This document shows positions 55,512-64,000 of a DNA stretch of 64,000 nt, piece by piece (position 1 is the first letter of the stretch; each line of letters opens with the position of its first letter). The DNA lies in assembly GCA_964468915.1 (NCBI GenBank), contig CAYXWX010000001.1, forward strand, positions 10,055-74,054, in the 5' to 3' direction. Under the pieces are notes generated by a model. The model did not search any database. It was not told where the DNA came from and saw only the letters and a program-made list of their open reading frames with translations. The translations under genes were made by a program, and so were the position numbers. The DNA comes from an uncultured Pirellulaceae bacterium (GTDB taxonomy: Bacteria; Planctomycetota; Planctomycetia; Pirellulales; Pirellulaceae).

Positions 55512-55692
55512 TCACGACGCTGGATCTTCAGTTGGCATCTGCGTGAATTCTATTTAATTCGAATTTGCCCCGGCTATCGAAGAAGTGACGCTTGTGAAAG
55601 AATCTCGGGCCAATGTTTAGCAATGGTCGGCGTGTGCAGAGCGTCTGTACCGCGCCGACCCGTATAAAATTGATACACCCCAGCAGAAACTC

Positions 55693-56217
55693 ATGAGCAA
55701 AAAAGCAGATGTGGATGCCGCCGTTGCGGACGTCGATTTTGAGAACAAAAACTACCAAATCGAACTGGATACTTCTGAAGGAAAGATCCTGCTGGATCTC
55801 GATCCAACTCACGCACCAGGTCACTGCAAGAATATGATCGGACTTGCGAAGATCGGATTCTATGACGGATTGATTTTCCACCGCATCATCGAAGGATTCA
55901 TGATTCAGGGTGGCTGCCCTGAAGGTAGCGGAATGGGCGGCCCCGGTTATCAGATCCCGGCAGAGTTCAATTCGACGCCTCACGTTGCCGGCACATTGTC
56001 CATGGCACGATCACAGAACCCGGATTCGGCTGGGTCTCAGTTCTTTATTTGTCTCGGCACTCAGGCGTTTCTGGATAATCAATACACGGCCTTCGGGCAA
56101 ACTGCGGACGACGCAAGCATGGAAGTCGTTTCAAAAATTGGCAGCGTGTCGACCAACGCGTCTGACCGCCCCGATGAAGACGTCACCATCAAAACGGCAA
56201 CCGTCATCGAAAAATAG
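55693..56217 (+). CDS. cyclophilin-type peptidyl-prolyl cis-trans isomerase
   Basis: FHRIIEGFMIQGGCP, LSMARSQNPDSAGSQFFI. Confidence 0.93.
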   Translation: MSKKADVDAAVADVDFENKNYQIELDTSEGKILLDLDPTHAPGHCKNMIGLAKIGFYDGLIFHRIIEGFMIQGGCPEGSGMGGPGYQIPAEFNSTPHVAGTLSMARSQNPDSAGSQFFICLGTQAFLDNQYTAFGQTADDASMEVVSKIGSVSTNASDRPDEDVTIKTATVIEK

Positions 56218-56221
56218 CTCA

Positions 56222-56827
56222 ATGGTTGCCTCAAAAAAGCAGCTCCAGGCTCAAGCCCAGGCCATCATCAGCGCCGCCGATGCGGGCCTGTTTGCCACAA
56301 CGGTTACACTTGCCGACGCATTTCTCAAAGAGAACCCGAACAGCTTGCGTGGCTGGCTGGATCTTGGTCATGCGCTCACCTGTTTGTGCCGATACGACCG
56401 TGCCATCGAGGCGTACCAGCAAGCGATTGAGCTGGCCAATGAAGCGGGCCAGAATCCTGACGGGATTCACTCGGAGCTGGGGCAACTGTATCGCCAACGG
56501 GGTGACTTTGAATCGGCAGCCAACAGCTTTCAAAACCAGATTGATGCCAATCCGGACGATGCGGCGGGCTACCTGATGAAGGCCACTTTGCAACTGCAAG
56601 GTGGCCAGGCAGATCTAGCGATGCAAACTCTGACACGAGCGCTGGATTGCTCGTCCGGGGTCCGGGAAGAAGTTCACTACAGCCTTGGCGTGACGTTACG
56701 TTCAATGGGCGAGCTGTCAAAAGCGCGCGACCAGTTTCAGCAAGCCCTGTCGCTGTCGCCAGATTATTCCGCCGCGAAAAACGCCCTCAAGGATGTAAAG
56801 TCCGCGGTTTCCGCCAGTCTGGGCTGA
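56222..56827 (+). CDS. TPR repeat protein
   Basis: About 200 aa of TPR-like helical hairpins. ATG at 56222 was chosen because the longer ORF (55910) overlaps the cyclophilin gene out of frame. Confidence 0.75.
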   Translation: MVASKKQLQAQAQAIISAADAGLFATTVTLADAFLKENPNSLRGWLDLGHALTCLCRYDRAIEAYQQAIELANEAGQNPDGIHSELGQLYRQRGDFESAANSFQNQIDANPDDAAGYLMKATLQLQGGQADLAMQTLTRALDCSSGVREEVHYSLGVTLRSMGELSKARDQFQQALSLSPDYSAAKNALKDVKSAVSASLG

Positions 56828-57069
56828 TCAGACGTCAAAAGCCCGACTCATTCGAGGCCAACCTCCCCAAAGCGCCATCGCTTCCACGGCGACTTAATCG
56901 GCACAGCTACGCTTCGGCTTCCTGCGACCGAGTTGCTAGCAGCCGATATCCCGTCGAGTGAACCAGCGGCCCGCGTCGATGACTGAATTTAACGGTCGTG
57001 CGCATTGTGTGGGTTGCCCCACTCATCCCGCGCACTTCATGACGCGCATTTCAAAGCAGGTTCCGCCCG

Positions 57070-60000
57070 TTGAAGGCTCATTCTTGGACAATTCGAATCG
57101 CATTGACCTGGTTGGCCCTGGCAATGGCAATCTCCTGTTCTGCCGTCGCCCAGACGATCGAGCCGGATGTCGCGCAAGCGTTTCAGCTGGCCGCTGGCCA
57201 TTACCAACGGAGTGACTGGGACGAGGCAACCGAAGCGTTTGAGTCCATTATTCAGAACCACGCCCAGACAACGGAGTCAGACATCGCTCACTTCTTTCTG
57301 GGTGAAGCGTTAATGCAACGCGAAGAATACCAGAAGGCATACCTCGCATGGCAGAACTACCTCAGTCGTCAGCCAAATGGTGAATTTTCGTCGCGCGCCG
57401 CGTTCCGCATGGGAGAGGCGGCGATGCGGTTGGAACGATTTCCTCAATCGATTCGCTTGTTGGAAACGTTCGTCAACAAATACCCCGAGGATTCGTTGAT
57501 GCAGTTTGCCCTCGCGTATCTGGGCGAGATGCGTTTGACTCGCGATGAACCTCAGCTGGCTCAGCGAGTCTTTGAGGCATCTTTGCGAATCCAGCCGAGC
57601 GGTCAGATCGCCAATCAATGCCGGTTCGGACTGGCGAGGAGCCTGCAAATTCAGGGCAACATGGCAGACGCTTTGAATTTTTATAGTTTCATTATTCAGG
57701 AACCAGACAATCCTCTGGTTAATGCCGCTCGACTCGAATCTGGAATTATCCATTTTGCTTCCGATCAGCATGACCTGGCACTTGATATGCTCAGCCCGAT
57801 CGTAGACTCGATCGAACTGACCGACGACTCGTCCCTTGAAAGCAAAGCACACTATTGGCTGGGCCGAATTGCACTGACCGACGATGACTTCAAAACGGCA
57901 CTCGATCATTTTCGCAAAATGGATTGCGAATCTGTTGAAGACGACATCGCGGTTGCAGCGTGGTTTGACGGATCAATCGCCGCGACTCGTGCTGATCAGC
58001 GTGATCAGGCTGAAAGCTGGCTGGCTCGACTGGCTACGGAACACCCGGACCACGATCTCGCCGATGACGCCATGTTCCTGCGAATCCGCAATGCGTTTGA
58101 CCAGTCGAAATCGACTTCAGCATCTGAATTAGCAGATCAGTTTCTGCAACAATATAAAGAAAGCCCATTCATTAATCAGGTTGTTGAATTGATTGGGCAA
58201 CAGGCTTACGAAAACCAACAGTATGCAGAAACTGTTTCTCGATTCACGCAGTTGCTGGAAACCAAACCTGATTCAACAGCAGCTCACCAGCGACAGCGAT
58301 TGACATGGTCCTATTACACGGCGTTGGGCAAGATCGGACTTGGGCAGTTTGAGCAGGCAGAGACCATTCTGCAATCAATTGCTTCCTCCGAGGAGATCCA
58401 GACAAGGGAAACCGATCCGGAATCACTGTCGACTCTGGTCGAAATCGCTCTGGCGACAACCAGATTTTCGCAGAACAAGTTCAAATCGGCGATCGAGAAT
58501 TACGAAGCCTATCTCGAGGTCATCGGATGGTCCCGCGAATCGATGCCGACTCAAAATGAGCTGATCTTTTGCTACGCTCAAGTCGGAGAATGGGACAAGG
58601 CCCAAGCATCATTTGAACGGGCGACGCGCCAAAACGTTTCCTCAGAGTCTGTCACTTTTCTGAAACAAATTGTTTCGCTTGCGTTCGAATCCCCTGAGAA
58701 AAGCAACCCGGAATTCTGGTACTCAGCATTCAGAAAATCGAAAATCGTTGACGAGAGCCTCCACGCTTTCGCGCTGGCAGAACTCGCATGGCTCAAGCTG
58801 GAACAGAAAGACACCCAAGCCGCGGACCGATTGTTCGATGAACTGCTGGATCGTTTTCCGTCTCATCCAGCGGCAGCCCAAGCCGGCATCGCTCGAGCGA
58901 AACGTTTTGAATCAGCGAAAAATTACGACGACGCCGCATCCGCATACGCGCAGGTCGCCGAGAACTTTGCAGACCAACCGTCCGGAACCACCGCACGATT
59001 GCGGCACGCCTATACATTGCACAAGATTGGTACAGAACAGGCACTGGCACGCGCAAGGAAGGGCATTGACGCCTGGATTGAACAAGCACAAAGTTCAGCT
59101 TCAACGACTGAACAACGGAAACTGCTGGCTGAAGCGATCTATCAATCCGCGTGGATCTGTGAAGACCAGCATGACCACGCTCAGCGAGATCGACGTTTTG
59201 AAGAACTGGTCCGCGACCATACCGAAAGCAAGTACTGGCCCGACGCCGCCTATCGTGTGGCCAACCAGTATACCCGTCACCGAAAATTTGATCGCGCGAT
59301 CGACTTGATTAAAGTGATTCAGACGCACAACCAGACGCCGCCACGAGTTCTGGAACGCACTAACTTTCTTCTGGGTCAGGTCAAAGCAAAACAACGACGC
59401 TGGGCGGACGCGGAAACCGTATTGCAATCGCTGATTGAAAAAACCGGCGACGTTTCCTTGAAAAACCGAAGCTCCTACTGGCTGGCAGAATCTCTCTATC
59501 GCCAGAACAAGTTCAGCGCTGCCGAGCGACATTTCGCTCAATTACAGGAAACTCGTTCCAACGAATTGAACTCACTGCGCCCGTGGATCCTTCTGCGGTT
59601 GGCTCAGTGTCTGGCAAAAACTGAAAAATGGCAGGATGCTGCTTCAACGGCGAAAACGGCGCTCGAACAGCACCCTGACTTCTCGCAATCTCACGAGTTC
59701 CAGTTTTTTGTGGCTCGTGGCCATGAGGATTCGGGACTTCTGAACGACGCGATCGAGGGTTACCAGCGTGTGATTGATTCACCTCGCGGTGGCTCAACTG
59801 AAACCGCCGCGATTGCTCAATGGAGAATCGGCGAGATACGCTTTCATCAGGAAGACTTCGTCGCTGCGATCAAGGCTTACTATCGCGTCGACTCAATCTT
59901 TGGCTATCCGCGTTGGCGTAGCGCCGCGTTGCTGCAAGCGGGCAAGTGCCAGGAACATCTGGAAAACTGGAAACACGCGGAAAAGCTTTACAGGCAATTG

Positions 60001-60114
60001 CTGAAACTGTTCCCTGATAATGAATTGGCTGCTGACGCTCAGGATCGCCTGACTCGGTTACAATCCATTGCATCGAATAAACCTGACAAAACGGCGAGCA
60101 AAACACACCGTTAG
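57070..60114 (+). CDS. large secreted TPR repeat protein (1014 aa)
   Basis: TTG start followed by the signal-like WTIRIALTWLALAMAISCSAVAQT. Repeated YbgF/TPR-like units throughout. Confidence 0.8.
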   Translation: MKAHSWTIRIALTWLALAMAISCSAVAQTIEPDVAQAFQLAAGHYQRSDWDEATEAFESIIQNHAQTTESDIAHFFLGEALMQREEYQKAYLAWQNYLSRQPNGEFSSRAAFRMGEAAMRLERFPQSIRLLETFVNKYPEDSLMQFALAYLGEMRLTRDEPQLAQRVFEASLRIQPSGQIANQCRFGLARSLQIQGNMADALNFYSFIIQEPDNPLVNAARLESGIIHFASDQHDLALDMLSPIVDSIELTDDSSLESKAHYWLGRIALTDDDFKTALDHFRKMDCESVEDDIAVAAWFDGSIAATRADQRDQAESWLARLATEHPDHDLADDAMFLRIRNAFDQSKSTSASELADQFLQQYKESPFINQVVELIGQQAYENQQYAETVSRFTQLLETKPDSTAAHQRQRLTWSYYTALGKIGLGQFEQAETILQSIASSEEIQTRETDPESLSTLVEIALATTRFSQNKFKSAIENYEAYLEVIGWSRESMPTQNELIFCYAQVGEWDKAQASFERATRQNVSSESVTFLKQIVSLAFESPEKSNPEFWYSAFRKSKIVDESLHAFALAELAWLKLEQKDTQAADRLFDELLDRFPSHPAAAQAGIARAKRFESAKNYDDAASAYAQVAENFADQPSGTTARLRHAYTLHKIGTEQALARARKGIDAWIEQAQSSASTTEQRKLLAEAIYQSAWICEDQHDHAQRDRRFEELVRDHTESKYWPDAAYRVANQYTRHRKFDRAIDLIKVIQTHNQTPPRVLERTNFLLGQVKAKQRRWADAETVLQSLIEKTGDVSLKNRSSYWLAESLYRQNKFSAAERHFAQLQETRSNELNSLRPWILLRLAQCLAKTEKWQDAASTAKTALEQHPDFSQSHEFQFFVARGHEDSGLLNDAIEGYQRVIDSPRGGSTETAAIAQWRIGEIRFHQEDFVAAIKAYYRVDSIFGYPRWRSAALLQAGKCQEHLENWKHAEKLYRQLLKLFPDNELAADAQDRLTRLQSIASNKPDKTASKTHR

Positions 60115-60208
60115 TCGAACCACTTCAGATACAACGCAGATCCACCAACCACGACCTTCACTTTTCACAAACAAACTGATTTTCAGTCGGCTTAGCGAGA
60201 GAAATGCC

Positions 60209-61081
60209 ATGGCACACTCAGCCTTTCCCAAACAACGACTCCTGACATCGACGCTGTTCCTCGCGGCCGTCGCGCTGGTCCTGTATGCGGCCGCGGCGAA
60301 TGCCCAGGATGGTCTTCCCGAAAACGGATTCGATGTCCCTGTTGCAGCTGCGCCTGCAATGGAAAACAGCGACACATCCACCGAAACACAGCTTGGTGGA
60401 TCATTCGTCGATGCCCCTCGACGGTTGCTGCCGATGTTGATGGGCGGCGGTCCGCTGATGATCCCGATTGGCGTCTGCTCGTTCATTCTGGTTGTGTTCG
60501 TGTTTGAACGTTTGATCAGTTTGCGAAAAGGACGCGTCATTCCCGGCCACTTTACAAAGCGGTTCATTGAACAGCTTCGCGAGGGTGAGCTTGACCAGAG
60601 CTCGGCCATCGTTCTCTGCGACCGTAATGGCAGCCCCGCAGCAAATGTCTTCAAGGCGGGTATGGAGCGGTGGGGGCGACCGGCGATCGAGGTGGAACAA
60701 GCGATCCTTGATGCCGGCGAGCGTGCATCGAACTCATTGCGAAGATACTTGCGATTGATCAATGGCATTGCCACGGTTTGCCCGTTACTTGGCCTGCTTG
60801 GAACCGTTCTGGGAATGATTCAGGCTTTTGATTCAATCGCTTCCGTCGGCCCGGGAGTGGCAGATCCGAAGGCGTTAATCGCAACAGGTATCAGCCAGGC
60901 TTTGCTGACAACCGCCGCCGGAATGACGGTCGCGATCCCAGCGTTGATCAGCTACCTGTTCTTCAGTAGCCGCGTCGACAAACATGTGATGGAGATCGAC
61001 GCGCTGGGAATGAAGGTCGTTAATTTGGTGTCTGCTGAATCAGCGGTGGACAAAAAAACAAGAGCGAGAAAAGCCGCTTAG
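60209..61081 (+). CDS. exbB: MotA/TolQ/ExbB family proton channel protein
   Basis: ATG at 60209 gives a signal-like N-terminus. C-terminal LGLLGTVLGMIQAF...ISQALLTTAAGMTVAIPALISYLFF. Confidence 0.88.
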   Translation: MAHSAFPKQRLLTSTLFLAAVALVLYAAAANAQDGLPENGFDVPVAAAPAMENSDTSTETQLGGSFVDAPRRLLPMLMGGGPLMIPIGVCSFILVVFVFERLISLRKGRVIPGHFTKRFIEQLREGELDQSSAIVLCDRNGSPAANVFKAGMERWGRPAIEVEQAILDAGERASNSLRRYLRLINGIATVCPLLGLLGTVLGMIQAFDSIASVGPGVADPKALIATGISQALLTTAAGMTVAIPALISYLFFSSRVDKHVMEIDALGMKVVNLVSAESAVDKKTRARKAA

Positions 61082-61137
61082 CGATTCACTCACTCTAACC
61101 TGAAACCAGAAACACGATTGCAACAAGGACGTTAGCA

Positions 61138-61566
61138 ATGCCACTTAAACTGAACCAGGACGACCAGACGTCAATCAACCTGACGCCGATGATTGACATT
61201 GTATTCCTGTTGATCATCTTCTTCATGATTGGCACTCGATTCAGTGAGCTGAACGAATCGGAACGAAATATCGCTTTGAACCTGCCCAAGGTCGCCAACG
61301 GCAAAGCGCTGACGACTGCTCCTCGCAAACGCGTCATCAACGTCGTCGAAAATGGTCAGATCCTGCTTGACCGACAAGTCGTTTCGCTGGACCAGCTTGA
61401 GAAAGACCTCGCCGCTGCGAGAACGCAGTACCAAAAACTGGGGGTTGTTGTTCGAGGTGACGCCAACAGTCGCTACGAAGACGTCGCACAAGTGATTGCC
61501 GCGTGTCGACGCGTTGATGTGGCGGTAGACCTGCCGGTACGAGTCGCTCAATTGCGACAGTATTAG
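61138..61566 (+). CDS. exbD: ExbD/TolR family biopolymer transport protein
   Basis: INLTPMIDIVFLLIIFFMI with the conserved TM Asp. 142 aa. Confidence 0.88.
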   Translation: MPLKLNQDDQTSINLTPMIDIVFLLIIFFMIGTRFSELNESERNIALNLPKVANGKALTTAPRKRVINVVENGQILLDRQVVSLDQLEKDLAAARTQYQKLGVVVRGDANSRYEDVAQVIAACRRVDVAVDLPVRVAQLRQY

Positions 61567-61634
61567 CCTGACCGTTTCGTTGACCTGAATGAGCAAATCA
61601 CCGCAATCATTCGCGTTTCCTTCCGAGCCCTATC

Positions 61635-63728
61635 ATGAATCCGAATCACCTGATTTTTGCCGACGCGTGGTTCAACGTGTCGTCGATTCTGTCGTCAGCC
61701 AGTCTTCAAGTCTGGTTGCTCGTCGGTTCTGGGATTCTGGCTGTGTCACTGCTTGTTCTTGCGTTGACCAAGTGGGGTCATTCACGCCCGGTCTGGAAAT
61801 GCGTCATTCTATCGTTCATCGCCCATATTCTGCTGATGGGCTACGCCTACGCGACCTACATGATCCTCGATCAACCGGTGCCAGTGGTCGTTGCGGAAAC
61901 GATGAAGGTGAATTTGATTGAGGAATTGGGTGATCCGTCGGACTGGACCGCTTCCGATCAACCCTTGAAACGTGGCGACATTGACCAATGGAATCAGCTT
62001 GCTGACCAAACCATCGAAACGCCCGATCTTGAGCCGCTTGGTCGACCACTGATTGACTCTGAAGTCATCGTTGAGCCGACCCCCAGACAGCCTCAATCAG
62101 ATGACGCATCGATCAAGGCTTCGCAAACACAACTCAAGGCTCCTACCCTCGAGCGCGACACTTCTTCGGAAAACATTGAAGCGATGCCGCGGAATCTCGA
62201 TGGATCTTCCACGCCCAACGCAAAATCGCTGGGACTGAAAGCCCAGACAATCGACGTTGCCCGCCGGTCACAACAGTCCGATTCGCTGACCGATATGCCT
62301 GATTTTGAAGACTCGTTTCAGCGAGACGAGCTGCCAAGAAAAGAACTCGAACCTCTGGCCGCTCAAATGGAAACGGTCAGCCGCCCCGACAGTTCGCGAG
62401 AGACCGTGGACGATTCAATGCAGCCCATCACTCGTCCCGACCCATCGGCCAACCGGCTGCGGTTTGCAGGTAGTCAGCCAATGAATGATCAACTGGAGAA
62501 CGCAACCAGCCAGTTACCGTTTGTCCGTCAGAAAACGAAAGGCTTGAAAGACGGTCAACTGAATGTGCTCAAGCGTCGCAGGCGACTGGGCGATGGACAA
62601 CCGTTGCCGGAAGTCTACTCGTTACGTGACCCAAAAGATCGACTGCAGGTTGCTCGCAAGCACGGTGGATCCGTCCTGACTGAGCGAGCCGTCAAAGCCG
62701 CCTTCGGCTGGCTGGTCACCAATCAACAGACTGACGGCAGCTGGAGTGCAGCAAAAACAGGGGCCGGTCGAGAAACGAAAACCTTCGGGCATGACCGTGA
62801 CGGTGCAGGGCGGGACGCCAATACGGGAGTCACTGCATTGGCAACGCTTTCGCTTCTAGCGGGCGGTCATTCACATTTTGACGGTGCTTACAAACAGAAC
62901 GTTCAGCGAGCTTTGGAATATTTGATCTCTCAACAGTCGAACGATGGAAATCTGGCAGGGGACGCGAAGCTGTTTGCTCGGATGTACTGCCACAGCATGT
63001 CGCTGTTAGCGTTGAGCGAAGCCCTCGCGATGACGGGCGATCAACGATTGATGCCGGCTGTGCAGCGAGGTGTCGATTACTGCGTGAACGCTCAGAACAG
63101 AAACGATGGCGGCTGGAGGTACCAACCTGGCGATGGTGGCGACATGAGCCAGTTCGGCTGGATCGTCATGGCACTTCGAAGTGCAAAACTGGGCGGGGCT
63201 CACGTGCCTGCCAGCACGTTCCAACAAATGAGACGTTTCCTGAAAAAGTGTTCCAGCGGAGTCGGCGGAAGCCTGGCGTCCTACCGTCCTGGTCAGGGCG
63301 CCAGTACTTCCATGACCGCAGAAGCACTTTTCTGTCGTTACCTTCTGGACGATGTTCCCGCCAGCGAAGGATTGCGGACCGCATCACGACGAATCAGTCA
63401 GGAAAGCCCATCACCGAACCAGATCAATCTGTACTACTGGTACTACGGAACACTCGCAATGCGTCATGTTGGTGGAGATTCGTGGGATCAATGGAACGCT
63501 CGACTGAAAGCAACACTGGTCGCATTGCAACAGAAATCTGGAAGCGAGGCCGGCAGTTGGGAACCCAATGGAGTCTGGGGCGGCTACGGTGGCCGAGTCT
63601 ATTCGACTGCCATGGCAGCGTTGAACCTGGAAGTTTACTACCGATACCTGCCAAGCCATGAGTTCACCGACGGTAACAACGAGGTACGAGTCGGGAAAGT
63701 TGAAAATCGAATCATCCAATTGAAATGA
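61635..63728 (+). CDS. membrane-anchored protein with prenyltransferase/squalene-oxidase-like (alpha/alpha toroid) repeats
   Basis: Two N-terminal TM helices and an acidic/Pro-rich linker of about 280 aa. C-terminal repeats LVTNQQTDGSWS, LISQQSNDGNLAG, CVNAQNRNDGGWRY, LQQKSGSEAGSWEP. Confidence 0.7.
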   Translation: MNPNHLIFADAWFNVSSILSSASLQVWLLVGSGILAVSLLVLALTKWGHSRPVWKCVILSFIAHILLMGYAYATYMILDQPVPVVVAETMKVNLIEELGDPSDWTASDQPLKRGDIDQWNQLADQTIETPDLEPLGRPLIDSEVIVEPTPRQPQSDDASIKASQTQLKAPTLERDTSSENIEAMPRNLDGSSTPNAKSLGLKAQTIDVARRSQQSDSLTDMPDFEDSFQRDELPRKELEPLAAQMETVSRPDSSRETVDDSMQPITRPDPSANRLRFAGSQPMNDQLENATSQLPFVRQKTKGLKDGQLNVLKRRRRLGDGQPLPEVYSLRDPKDRLQVARKHGGSVLTERAVKAAFGWLVTNQQTDGSWSAAKTGAGRETKTFGHDRDGAGRDANTGVTALATLSLLAGGHSHFDGAYKQNVQRALEYLISQQSNDGNLAGDAKLFARMYCHSMSLLALSEALAMTGDQRLMPAVQRGVDYCVNAQNRNDGGWRYQPGDGGDMSQFGWIVMALRSAKLGGAHVPASTFQQMRRFLKKCSSGVGGSLASYRPGQGASTSMTAEALFCRYLLDDVPASEGLRTASRRISQESPSPNQINLYYWYYGTLAMRHVGGDSWDQWNARLKATLVALQQKSGSEAGSWEPNGVWGGYGGRVYSTAMAALNLEVYYRYLPSHEFTDGNNEVRVGKVENRIIQLK

Positions 63729-63937
63729 ATCCTGACCGGTGCGGCCGATCCCAGAGTCATGAAACACGACTGTCCTGAGACGATTTGTCCTGCTTTAAGG
63801 CAAGCGGCGGGAGGGAATCCATCGTTGGATGGATGTGAATCCTGGAGTTTCGAGTTGATTTTCAGGTAAGTTCTGTCTCGCCTTCCCCCTGACGGCAGCC
63901 TGATTGCTCAAGCGGAACCAGCAATCGGCGGCTGGGT

Positions 63938-63965
63938 TTGACAGTGTATGGGGCCAATCTACAAT
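63938..63965 (+). promoter_or_regulatory. candidate sigma-70-type promoter (TTGACA-N16-TACAAT)
   Basis: Near-consensus -35 (63938-63943) and -10 (63960-63965), pointing out of the window. Applying this consensus to this lineage is an assumption. Confidence 0.4.
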
Positions 63966-64000
63966 GGTTCATTGGCGAATCGAGTAACCGGAATTCTCTT

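Noticed and set aside
55910-56221. N-terminal 104-codon extension of the small TPR ORF.
   Set aside because: - It overlaps the cyclophilin gene out of frame.
- The ATG at 56222 lies just after the cyclophilin stop and gives a complete TPR protein.
1-64000. Scan for tRNA/rRNA genes, CRISPR arrays, IS elements, integrases, and toxin-antitoxin or classical defence genes.
   Set aside because: - I recognised no cloverleaf-like sequences, spaced direct-repeat arrays, transposase or integrase ORFs.
- The only repeats seen are the short intergenic elements reported above.

Overview
This 64-kb window looks like a Planctomycetota-type (Pirellulales-like) chromosome. That placement is my inference from protein styles and gene content, not a search result. 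Everything here was done by eye and hand count, with no homology search, folding or statistics.

Layout:
- About 2.1-38.7 kb is a nearly complete flagellar regulon in five operon-like blocks:
  - fliK-flgD-flgE-pilZ-like (+)
  - flgB-flgC-fliE-fliF-fliG-fliH-fliI-fliJ-ylxF/motE-like-fliQ-fliR-flhB (-)
  - motA-motB1-motB2 (+)
  - fliL-fliM-fliN-fliO-like-fliP-flhA-small TM ORF-fliA-64 aa ORF-two lipoproteins (-)
  - flgF-flgG-flgA-flgH-flgI-flgJ(rod-binding only)-flgN-like-flgK-flgL (+)
- Two response-regulator genes sit at the left edge.
- To the right are a DAP-decarboxylase-like gene and a small Wzx/Wzy-type polysaccharide locus (GT4, Wzy-like, flippase, BY-kinase-like, Wzz/GumC-like).
- Housekeeping genes follow (rph, argF, argB, accD, queG, cyclophilin), then an atypical Hanks-type kinase and some orphan ORFs.
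- The right end is a TPR / ExbB / ExbD / membrane-anchored prenyltransferase-like cluster.
- I recognised no rRNA, tRNA, CRISPR array, transposase or integrase.

Most interesting signals:
1. A family of modular, conserved intergenic elements begins exactly at the TAG stop codons of motA, the flgN-like gene and flgL. It includes an 82-nt element shared by the motA-motB and flgN-flgK spacers whose substitutions preserve helices. It also includes a 21-nt box present in opposite orientations, and long-range helices that contain the upstream stop codon.
2. The fliA-linked block has a small membrane ORF, a 64-aa ORF and two lipoproteins where flhF/flhG-type genes are often found.
3. One motA is followed by two motB paralogs whose peptidoglycan-binding signatures look degenerate.
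4. An ExbB-ExbD pair has no TonB/TolA. It is instead followed by a 2-TM, long-linker, toroid-repeat protein and preceded by a 1014-aa TPR protein.
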